A DNA stretch of 55,002 bases from Candidatus Argoarchaeum ethanivorans (lineage in GTDB: Archaea > Halobacteriota > Methanosarcinia > Methanosarcinales > EX4572-44): positions 1-55,002 of the forward strand of contig CAJHIS010000003.1 in the NCBI GenBank assembly GCA_905067555.1, written 5' to 3'. The notes under the pieces were generated by a model. The model did no database searches. It was not told the origin of the DNA and saw only the letters and a program-made list of their open reading frames with translations. A program made the position numbers and the translations under genes. Below, piece after piece: positions 47,941-55,002 of the stretch (positions are counted from its first letter, which is position 1; each line of letters begins with the position of its first letter).

Positions 47941-48893
47941 TGTTTAGCACCTTCAAGTTTCAAATTCCTATATTCTGTTATTACTTGATCTATACCATTC
48001 TCCAAAGTTATTGAAGGATAAAAGCCAAGCGATTGTAATTTAGAAACATCCAAGCACTTTTTTAACATCCCATCCGGCATATTCGTATCCCAAACTATTC
48101 TGCCAGTATACTCAACTTTATTTGCAATTAATTCAGCCAACTCTTTGATAGATATATCAGTTCCACACCCGACATTAATAATCTCTGGTGAATCCCATTC
48201 TTCAACCAAAAACAATACTGCCTGTGAAAGATCGTCGACATGCATAAATTCTCTTCTGGCAATTCCACTTCCCCAAAGTACTTCTTCTTTTTTGTTTTCA
48301 TCAGTTGCATCTACAAATTTTCTAACCAATGCTGAAAGAACGTGAGAATTGTCAGGATCAAAGCTGTCATTTGTTCCATATAGGTTGCATGGCATAGGAT
48401 TTATGCAATTTAGGCCATACTGCTTATGGTAATACTGTGCTAATCTCAAACCTGCAATCTTGGCAAGTGCATACCCCTCATTCGTTGGCTCAAGTGGTCC
48501 AGTCATGAGATATTCTTCTTTGATAGGTTGAGGGCAGTCTTTTGGATAAATACACGAGCTTCCCAGGAATGCCAATTTTTTTACACCGGATTTATTGGAC
48601 TGATAAATGACATTGTTTTGTATCATTAGATTATCATACAAAAAATCCCCGGGATATTGCATGTTCGCTTGTATTCCCCCAACCTTTGCAGCAGCTAAGA
48701 ACACATAATCTGGAGAGTGTTGATTAAAAAAAATCTCCACACTTTTTGCATCACGAAGATCTAGTTCTTGCCTGGTAGCAGTGATTATATTTGAATAACC
48801 TTTATTCTGCAAAGCTCTCATAATCGCTGAGCCAACCATGCCTTTATGGCCAGCTATGAAGATGCTATCTTTTTTATTCATTTCATACGCCAT
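47937..48893 (-). CDS. GDP-L-colitose synthase-like (ColC-like) member of the GDP-fucose synthase family
   Basis: 318 aa. [42 protein letters not shown]. Second full fcl-family copy, translationally coupled to the ColD-like gene. Confidence 0.7.
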   Translation of the reverse strand: MAYEMNKKDSIFIAGHKGMVGSAIMRALQNKGYSNIITATRQELDLRDAKSVEIFFNQHSPDYVFLAAAKVGGIQANMQYPGDFLYDNLMIQNNVIYQSNKSGVKKLAFLGSSCIYPKDCPQPIKEEYLMTGPLEPTNEGYALAKIAGLRLAQYYHKQYGLNCINPMPCNLYGTNDSFDPDNSHVLSALVRKFVDATDENKKEEVLWGSGIARREFMHVDDLSQAVLFLVEEWDSPEIINVGCGTDISIKELAELIANKVEYTGRIVWDTNMPDGMLKKCLDVSKLQSLGFYPSITLENGIDQVITEYRNLKLEGAKQ

Positions 48894-49119
48894 TTTGATT
48901 ATAATTTTCCTCTATTTTCCAATTATCCCATACAAACTTGTATTGATGTGTCAAGTTATGAGTGGTTGCTATTTTTTGTTGGATTTCTATCATTCTCTGT
49001 TCGGCATTTGGCACAAAATCATAAAACGGAACCTGCATGTTATCAATTTGATTTACAAGACCGGTTTCAATTAAATGCTCAAACAAGCTGTACTCATCGC
49101 CTTCAATATTGATTTTCAT
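48883..49119 (-). CDS. Hypothetical 78-aa protein
   Basis: ORF abuts or overlaps the start of the ColC-like gene and shares its AT-rich composition. No motif recognised. Confidence 0.35.
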   Translation of the reverse strand: MKINIEGDEYSLFEHLIETGLVNQIDNMQVPFYDFVPNAEQRMIEIQQKIATTHNLTHQYKFVWDNWKIEENYNQNGV

Positions 49120-49446
49120 TAATCAATAATTTCATTGACATAAAAATGATAATCGCCCATACTCCTTTTGAACCAGAAGTCTGCTGCAATAGAGGCCAGT
49201 TAAGATGTTGATAGGTTAGTTTAACTTTAATCATTCAAAACCTCGATGTTGAGTATCCTGTTCTAATACCGAAGATGCATCATAGTGTCATGTCAAGCGT
49301 AAAGTGTCGCACTGACTATTTTAAATCCGCCAGCGTCATATAAGATAGGGTAGATGGTCGCTATGCGTTTCATGGTCGACGCGACACTATTCATATCACA
49401 TAAGGTTTTTATAGTCATACTGTTCCTTTTATATTGCACAGAATCC

Positions 49447-50922
49447 TTACAACCATTCCTGCCATGTCACATTCATCTGCATCATAATTCCCTTCAACTC
49501 CTCATAAATCTTCCTATCGAACTTCAATATTAGCACCCCATAAACTACCCCACCAAGCACAACAGGAACCAGCGCCAACCAAACATTGGATAACGGCACA
49601 ACCAACAAATACCCACCCACAACCAGCCCCATCGCAATAGAAGCTTTCAAAATATTCAGCAAACTGCTGCGCTCCACCCGAAGTGTGATTGTCCGTGCCA
49701 GAACACGCCGTGCCAGGATAGCATTCAAGGTCATTGTCACAAGGGTTGCAACCGCCGCCCCAGAGATGCCCATCACAGGAATTAACTTTGCATTCAATGT
49801 AATATTAGCAACAACTGCCACAGCTGTAATCTTGAACACCTCCTTTACTTGGTTCATTGCACTTAGATATGTGGTCAAAAAATACTGGAATATATTGACA
49901 ATTTGTACAGTAAACAGTATCATAAGTGTCGTATAATTCACAAAATCTGCGCCATAGAAATAATATAGCAACTTATCACCCAGCAAAGCCCCGCCAATAA
50001 ACAATGGGATTGCCAGTATGAGTGAATAGGTGAATGCGCGGGAGAGCGACTCTTCTATAAGCTCAGTCTCACCAATCTTATCCCACCGGCTGACCCTTGG
50101 CCACAATGTTCCATGAAGTGCACTCGTTGTAAATGCTGCAAGTGCGGTAAACTGGAATATGACCCGGTATACGCCCACATCCGCATTATTCAGGAAATAA
50201 CCGATCATCACAGTATCGGAATACATGAACACCAGACTTCCGCCTGAGACCAGAAACGACCAGAAGGAGAATGAAGATAAGCTTTTCAGGTGCCTCCAAC
50301 CAAAACGCACAAAACACAGATCAAAAAAACGCAGTTGTACGATGGCTCCAACAAGTGCTCCGGCAATAAAGCCTCCAGCCAGTCCTGCAACACCATAACC
50401 TAAAAAAACTGCAACGACTTGGACAGTAATTTGTGAAACACTACCAATAAAACCTGCCGTTGCACTAATCCCAATTTTTCCGCATCCAGTAATACCGTTT
50501 GAAATCGTTCCATGCAAAAGTGACGCACCAAGCGCCACCAGTAACCAGACGAATGTTCCCGCGTTATCAAGGTCTACAAAATAGCTGCGAAATGCGAACA
50601 GTACAACTACAACCGTTGTCACGAACACAGAGCGCAAGATAAAAAATGCACTAAAATATGCATCCTGCTCTTCCCCCTCACTGATGCGCTTGATCGCAGC
50701 ACCGCCAAATCCGCCATCAGTCATAAGACCGATGATGTTATAATATGCTAAGAACAGGAAATACGCACCAAGAACACCTGCGCCCACCGCATGCGCGAAG
50801 TACATCGTACTCAAAAATCCGATGAAAGTGAATGCAATCTGCCAGATGAGTGATACTATGCTCTGCCGCCGTACCGGCTCGATGGACATGATGCGGGAGA
50901 TGATAGTGTTTAATTTGAACAT
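49447..50922 (-). CDS. Wzx-type oligosaccharide flippase (MOP superfamily polysaccharide biosynthesis protein)
   Basis: 491 aa, about 12-14 predicted TM helices. Typical Wzx-like Gly/Ala-rich helices. Located in the glycan cluster. Confidence 0.8.
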   Translation of the reverse strand: MFKLNTIISRIMSIEPVRRQSIVSLIWQIAFTFIGFLSTMYFAHAVGAGVLGAYFLFLAYYNIIGLMTDGGFGGAAIKRISEGEEQDAYFSAFFILRSVFVTTVVVVLFAFRSYFVDLDNAGTFVWLLVALGASLLHGTISNGITGCGKIGISATAGFIGSVSQITVQVVAVFLGYGVAGLAGGFIAGALVGAIVQLRFFDLCFVRFGWRHLKSLSSFSFWSFLVSGGSLVFMYSDTVMIGYFLNNADVGVYRVIFQFTALAAFTTSALHGTLWPRVSRWDKIGETELIEESLSRAFTYSLILAIPLFIGGALLGDKLLYYFYGADFVNYTTLMILFTVQIVNIFQYFLTTYLSAMNQVKEVFKITAVAVVANITLNAKLIPVMGISGAAVATLVTMTLNAILARRVLARTITLRVERSSLLNILKASIAMGLVVGGYLLVVPLSNVWLALVPVVLGGVVYGVLILKFDRKIYEELKGIMMQMNVTWQEWL

Positions 50923-50953
50923 GTTTTTTTCAGTAAACTTGGTTTTTCGATGA

Positions 50954-51175
50954 TTAGTGAGAGGATATTGAGAAGCGTACTTTTCCTGTGGGGTCTCGGC
51001 CGATGATGCCTACAACATCGTCGCGGTTTACTGTGAAGTTGATGTCCTTTTAGGCCCGAAAGGTCTCATTCTGCTTGTTGTAGTTCTTTAGGGTCTTGTA
51101 GGTGGCGTCCACTCCGATTTTGTACTGTTTGGAGATGTGTTTAGCTTTGATAATGGGATCAATTGCTGGCCTCAT
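50954..51175 (-). pseudogene. N-terminal relic of a Wzt/TagH-type polysaccharide-export ABC ATPase
   Basis: Minus-strand translation gives MRPAIDPIIKAKHISKQYKIGVDATYKTLKNYNKQNETFRA*KDINFTVNRDDVVGIIGRDPTGK. Restoring one A in the ggaaaagt run gives GKSTLLNILSLIIEKPS, and the frame then runs into the flippase start at 50922. Confidence 0.6.
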
Positions 51176-51194
51176 CACAAATTGATTCTCTTAC

Positions 51195-51395
51195 TCATTC
51201 AGCAAAAATGTCATCAAAAAACATTGATTTATCTAACATTTGTTGCCATTTTCTGTGGCGTTTTATACTTTCCATCCCTTTTCTCTTAGGTATATTGATG
51301 AATCGGATGGCTTCCACTGGACCCAATTCTTTAATGAGCACCTCAATGGCCTTTTTAATTACAACTTCTTCATTCATATATTTTATATTTTTCAT
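51195..51395 (-). CDS. Small 66-aa protein translationally coupled to the PIN gene (possible antitoxin)
   Basis: MKNIKYMNEEVVIKKAIEVLIKELGPVEAIRF.... Its ATG overlaps the PIN stop as ATGA (51392-51395). Confidence 0.45.
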   Translation of the reverse strand: MKNIKYMNEEVVIKKAIEVLIKELGPVEAIRFINIPKRKGMESIKRHRKWQQMLDKSMFFDDIFAE

Positions 51396-51842
51396 CTTAA
51401 ATTCTCCTTTTCGCAAAAGGCTACCGGATTACCGCACCATATATTTATTTTATGATTTTTGCATATTCTGATAAGCCTATCATCACAGCTTATAAATGGC
51501 ACTTCAGCCGGTTCTGCAAAGGCAACATGTGCTGCATCTGCTATTCCAAAGCCTGAATTAACTAAGTCTTCAGCCCTTGATCGTGTCTCAGCCATATTAA
51601 CATGTATTATGTTCTCCCCATTCACTTAAAACCATTTGTAATTCAACCCGTTCAATAGTATCAGAAATTGCTTTTATTTCTTTGATGTGGACAGGAGAAA
51701 CTATCAGCTTATAATTGCCATCTCTTACTTTTGATAATATCAGATTAACAGCCTCAGTTTCAAGCCGTATCCTCATATATTCCTGATCGTCAAAAGGTCT
51801 GCATAAAGCACAAACATCAATGTAAATATTTTTTTGCTTCAT
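51392..51842 (-). pseudogene. PIN-domain (VapC-like) toxin gene split by a frameshift
   Basis: N-terminal ORF 51597-51842 (IYIDVCALCRPFDD...) and C-terminal ORF 51392-51625 (GIADAAHVAFAE...ISCDDRL). The frames switch around aatggggag at about 51610-51625. Confidence 0.7.
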
Positions 51843-51886
51843 TTACTTCTCCCACAATTATAACACTTTGCCTATCTTATTTACGT

Positions 51887-51902
51887 ATATATATATATAT
51901 AC
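51887..51902. repeat. (TA)8 microsatellite
   Basis: Direct reading. Lies 45-60 nt upstream of the PIN gene start and about 100 nt downstream of the gmd stop. Confidence 0.9.
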
Positions 51903-51998
51903 AGAATTTCTATTAGCTAAATGCATACTTATCACCTTTTACTTTCACCTAACTTTCCCTCCATTTATGCGCCAGACCTTCCCCACATCTTTCTTCAC

Positions 51999-53027
51999 TT
52001 AAGCCGCATCCCCTTTTACCATCATCTTCACCAGTTCCCGGAGTCCAACCTTCGCCTCCCAACCCAGCTTCTCCTTAGCCTTCGTTGGGTCGCCTAACAA
52101 AAGCTCCACCTCGGTTGGCCTGTAATATCTTGGATCAATCTCGATCACAATATCACCAGTCGCCTGGTCAACCCCAACCTCATCCGTACCTTCTCCCTGC
52201 CACCCAATCTCGATCCCAACTTCCCTAAACGCAAGTTCCACAAACTCCCGCACAGAATGCGTCTTGCCAGTCGCAATCACGAAATCATCAGGCTCGTCCT
52301 GCTGGAGCATGAGCCACATCGCTTCAACATAATCTCCTGCAAAACCCCAGTCTCGCTTTGCGTCCATATTACCAAGATATAGTTTATCCAGCATGCCTTT
52401 CTTTATCTTCGCTGCTGCCATTGTGATCTTTCTTGTAACAAATGTCTCGCCGCGAATTGGTGACTCGTGGTTGAACAGGATGCCATTACATGCGAACATA
52501 TCATAAGCTTCGCGGTAATTTACGGTAACCCAGTAGGCGTATACCTTGGCTGCCGCATACGGGCTTCTCGGGTAGAACGGGGTAGTTTCCTTCTGTGGAA
52601 TCTCCCGGACCTTGCCGTAAAGTTCACTGGTTGAAGCCTGGTAGAACTTGGTTTTCTTTTCAAGGCCAAGTATACGTATAGCTTCCAAAAGCCGCAACGT
52701 CCCGACTGCATCTGCATTTGCAGTGTACTCGGGCGTATCGAAGGATACCTGAACATGACTCTGAGCTGCGAGGTTGTAAATTTCATCGGGTTGCGTTTCC
52801 TGGATGATCCGGATCAGGTTTGTCGAATCTGTCAGGTCACCATAGTGCAGGAAGAAATTCACGTTTCTCTCGTGTGGGTCTTTGTACAGATGGTCGATTC
52901 GCGCGGTGTTAAAGGAAGAAGATCTTCGCTTTATGCCGTGTACGATGTATCCTTTATTCAGGAGGAACTCTGCGAGGTATGCGCCGTCCTGTCCTGTGAT
53001 TCCGGTTATCAGGGCTGTTTTTGTCAT
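51999..53027 (-). CDS. gmd: GDP-mannose 4,6-dehydratase
   Basis: 342 aa. [60 protein letters not shown]. Full-length family pattern. Confidence 0.93.
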   Translation of the reverse strand: MTKTALITGITGQDGAYLAEFLLNKGYIVHGIKRRSSSFNTARIDHLYKDPHERNVNFFLHYGDLTDSTNLIRIIQETQPDEIYNLAAQSHVQVSFDTPEYTANADAVGTLRLLEAIRILGLEKKTKFYQASTSELYGKVREIPQKETTPFYPRSPYAAAKVYAYWVTVNYREAYDMFACNGILFNHESPIRGETFVTRKITMAAAKIKKGMLDKLYLGNMDAKRDWGFAGDYVEAMWLMLQQDEPDDFVIATGKTHSVREFVELAFREVGIEIGWQGEGTDEVGVDQATGDIVIEIDPRYYRPTEVELLLGDPTKAKEKLGWEAKVGLRELVKMMVKGDAA

Positions 53028-53108
53028 GGTTACTACCTTCTGTGAAATGTGGGTTTATGTTTACTTATTGATATAACTCTATCCTCAAAAATATTACGCC
53101 GGTTTAAT

Positions 53109-53315
53109 TTAATAGCTGCCACGAATCGGTTTTTCAAAATACCTTATAGTTTCCTTAAGCCCCACTTCTAACCCCACCACCGGCGCCCACCCAAGCACTT
53201 CCGCCGCCATAGCGATATCCAGAGCCTTCACACCAAACCCCTCAATCACATCATCACTGAGCAGAGGATCATACCCATACACACCCGCACCAAACTCCTT
53301 ACGCACCCTCACAAT
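53109..53315 (-). pseudogene. C-terminal relic of a UXS-like SDR gene (inside the 100-aa track ORF 53109-53411)
   Basis: ...DVIEGFGVKALDIAMAAEVLGWAPVVGLEVGLKETIRYFEK parallels ...[37 protein letters not shown] of the neighbouring UXS-like gene. Confidence 0.55.
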
Positions 53316-53463
53316 CTCCCTCTTATACAGGGACCGCCTTTTTGGGACGCTTTTAAGTTTTTGAACATCTTCTTCTGATAATAATTCCTGGATCCTTTCC
53401 ATTTGTTTCACCGCCTGTTGTGCGAGGAGATTCGTTCCGGATGAAACAAACCTTCATAAGGAG

Positions 53464-53847
53464 TCATCTACTTATCATCTCCTCGATTTCCAATAAAACA
53501 TCCTTCAGTCCGACTTCTTTTGATCGTCTCGGCACCTCCTCCCCTTTTACATGTTTATGGTGTGGATAAGTAGCGATCTCCAGAGGATGCGGGGCATTAT
53601 CATACCTGAAAACCATTTCGTCATTTACATTCGTCGAATGAAATCTATACTTCAGGTGAATCAGCCTATCTCTCTTTATATTTACCAGTTCCATAAATTG
53701 AAGTGTAGAGCCATCGATCATCCCTAATATCCCATGAACTATTCCAATACTCCTTGATTTTACCTCATATTCAACATCTACGTTTTCAACGAATATTGAA
53801 CTTCTTATGAGGCTTTGAATCTCTGAGAAGTAATCTATCACCTGCAT
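53464..53847 (-). CDS. DUF6516 / TumE-like toxin-antitoxin family protein
   Basis: 127 aa. LKYRFHSTNVNDEMVFRYDNAPHPLEIATYPHHKHV matches my recollection of the DUF6516 signature (RYDNAPHH...PHHKH). Confidence 0.55.
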   Translation of the reverse strand: MQVIDYFSEIQSLIRSSIFVENVDVEYEVKSRSIGIVHGILGMIDGSTLQFMELVNIKRDRLIHLKYRFHSTNVNDEMVFRYDNAPHPLEIATYPHHKHVKGEEVPRRSKEVGLKDVLLEIEEMISR

Positions 53848-54131
53848 GACTCAAGCATCCTCTCTACGACGATGCGCTCTTTCTCAAGAAATCCAAGTGC
53901 TTCATACTCAGCAGCCCATACCATGGCATCCTGGTCGTCCCCGGCAAGTCCTTTCTCGAATTTTTCAAAGAAATCTTTGCTGCCCATTCCTTCTCTCTCT
54001 TCAAAAGCTCTCAGCTTCTTCGTTGTTTCAAAGATACTCCTGTCCAGCAAAAGCTCTTTTCTTTTAAGCAAGTGTCCCAACACACCAATCGCCGTCACAA
54101 CATCAGGAACTTCCAGCTTTATCACGCCCAT
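53838..54131 (-). CDS. Hypothetical 97-aa protein, partner of the TumE-like gene
   Basis: Overlaps the TumE-like start by 10 nt. Helical and acidic. No motif recognised. Confidence 0.5.
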   Translation of the reverse strand: MGVIKLEVPDVVTAIGVLGHLLKRKELLLDRSIFETTKKLRAFEEREGMGSKDFFEKFEKGLAGDDQDAMVWAAEYEALGFLEKERIVVERMLESCR

Positions 54132-54140
54132 GTAATCACC

Positions 54141-54242
54141 TCATATCCTTATTCTATAGTTCATTGCTTCTGATTTCTTTGCAAGTTCTTCTGCGAGATT
54201 TAAACCTATAAACCCCGCGCCGCCTGTTACAAGTATGTTCAT
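54141..54242 (-). pseudogene. N-terminal relic (Rossmann motif only) of an SDR epimerase/decarboxylase gene
   Basis: Minus-strand translation gives MNILVTGGAGFIGLNLAEELAKKSEAMNYRIRI*, starting 22 nt downstream of the UXS-like stop. Confidence 0.6.
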
Positions 54243-54263
54243 TCGAAACTCACCTACTTAGTA

Positions 54264-55002
54264 TTACAAAATTCCTTCAAAGTATTTAATCGTAAACCCC
54301 AAACCCTCATCCAGCCCAACCACCGGCTCCCATCCAAGCACATCCTTTGCCCTACTGATATCCGGTCTTCTAACCTTTGGGTCATCAACAGGCAGATCCT
54401 CGAAAGTAATTCGGGAATCACTACCGGTAATCTCAACAACAATTTCCGCAAACTCAAGCACTGTCATCTCCTCTTGATTTCCGATATTCACAGGATCCGA
54501 AAAGTCTGACATCATCAACCGAAATAGCCCACCAACAAGATCGGACACATAACAGAACGACCGCGTCTGCAACCCATCCCCATACACAGTGAGACCCTCT
54601 CCCTTGAGTGCCTGATTGATGAAATTCGGAACCACCCTACCATCACCTGCGCGCATACGCGGACCATACGTATTGAAAATGCGTGCAATTCGCGTATCCA
54701 TGCCGTGATACCGGTGATACGCCATCGTGATCGCCTCAGCATACCGTTTTGCCTCATCATATACCCCACGCGGTCCTATTGGGTTCACATTGCCCCAGTA
54801 TGTTTCTGGCTGCGGGTTCACAAGAGGGTCTCCATAGACCTCGGATGTGGATGCAAGCAGGAAGCGTGCCCCATGTTCTTTTGCAAGCCCAAGCATATTA
54901 TACGTACCGAGTGCTCCCACTTTTAGTGTCTGGATCGGCAGGTCAAGATAATCGATCGGGGAGGCAGGGCTTGCCAGATGGAACACGTAACCGATTTTAT
55001 CG
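54264..55002 (-). CDS. UDP-glucuronate decarboxylase (UDP-xylose synthase)-like SDR, 5' end outside the window
   Basis: [37 protein letters not shown]. The frame stays open to the window edge. Confidence 0.88.
   Translation of the reverse strand, partial: DKIGYVFHLASPASPIDYLDLPIQTLKVGALGTYNMLGLAKEHGARFLLASTSEVYGDPLVNPQPETYWGNVNPIGPRGVYDEAKRYAEAITMAYHRYHGMDTRIARIFNTYGPRMRAGDGRVVPNFINQALKGEGLTVYGDGLQTRSFCYVSDLVGGLFRLMMSDFSDPVNIGNQEEMTVLEFAEIVVEITGSDSRITFEDLPVDDPKVRRPDISRAKDVLGWEPVVGLDEGLGFTIKYFEGIL

Noticed and set aside
53316-53411. Treating the whole 100-aa ORF 53109-53411 as an intact gene
   Set aside because: Its C-terminal two thirds are the tail of a UXS-like SDR. The N-terminal third has no partner domain, so the ORF is most simply a chimeric remnant, although expression cannot be excluded.
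1-55002. rRNA genes, cas genes, transposases or integrases, and in-frame TAG (pyrrolysine) genes
   Set aside because: I looked for them while reading both strands and the ORF track and recognised none. This is a by-eye negative, not a computed search.

Overview
Archaeal chromosomal window. Gene content (FwdE-family protein, AglB oligosaccharyltransferase, prefoldin alpha, ribosomal protein LX, Nob1, Trm5/Taw2, a tRNA-Ile with no encoded CCA) suggests a methanogen- or ANME-like euryarchaeon; that lineage call is inference. All homology calls come from motif recognition by eye, with no database search.

From 1 to 25 kb the window holds mixed-strand housekeeping and transport genes: an Isf-like flavoprotein, a methyltransferase next to a helical-repeat protein, FmdE plus a 4-gene peptide/nickel-type ABC importer, a ferritin-like gene, tRNA-Ile(GAU), a B12-radical SAM gene, Trm5/Taw2, a CorA-like/AAA/MBL trio, hisI, rplX-pfdA, a 1323-aa HAD/trehalose-phosphatase/GH65 fusion, and Nob1.

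From 25 to 55 kb there is a roughly 30-kb glycosylation island, entirely on the minus strand and anchored by aglB. It encodes GT2, GT4 and GT10 glycosyltransferases, a Wzx-type flippase and several nucleotide-sugar routes:
- a GDP-fucose route (gmd, fcl);
- a GDP-colitose-like pair (ColD/ColC-like);
- a CDP-3,6-dideoxyhexose operon (rfbF-rfbG-TPP enzyme-SDR-rfbH) whose embedded acetolactate-synthase-like TPP enzyme matches the logic of bacterial yersiniose (branched-chain sugar) synthesis.

The island is a compositional mosaic. An AT-rich core at about 30.4-49.1 kb sits between GC-richer flanks, and the island carries many gene relics: an fcl fragment, a Wzt ABC-ATPase fragment, a truncated GT10 paralog, a GT4 fragment, a B12-radical SAM gene frameshifted at a G7 tract, a frameshifted PIN toxin, and a UXS-like SDR gene whose centre is replaced by a TumE(DUF6516)-like two-gene cassette.

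Intergenic regions carry a family of 21-nt hairpin modules (9-bp stem, 3-nt loop) arranged in composite arrays. They also hold a 94-bp direct repeat flanking the ferritin-like gene, and a repeat patch with a 9-nt tandem repeat and two 37-nt repeats separated by a 37-nt spacer. I saw no rRNA, cas genes, integrase or transposase.
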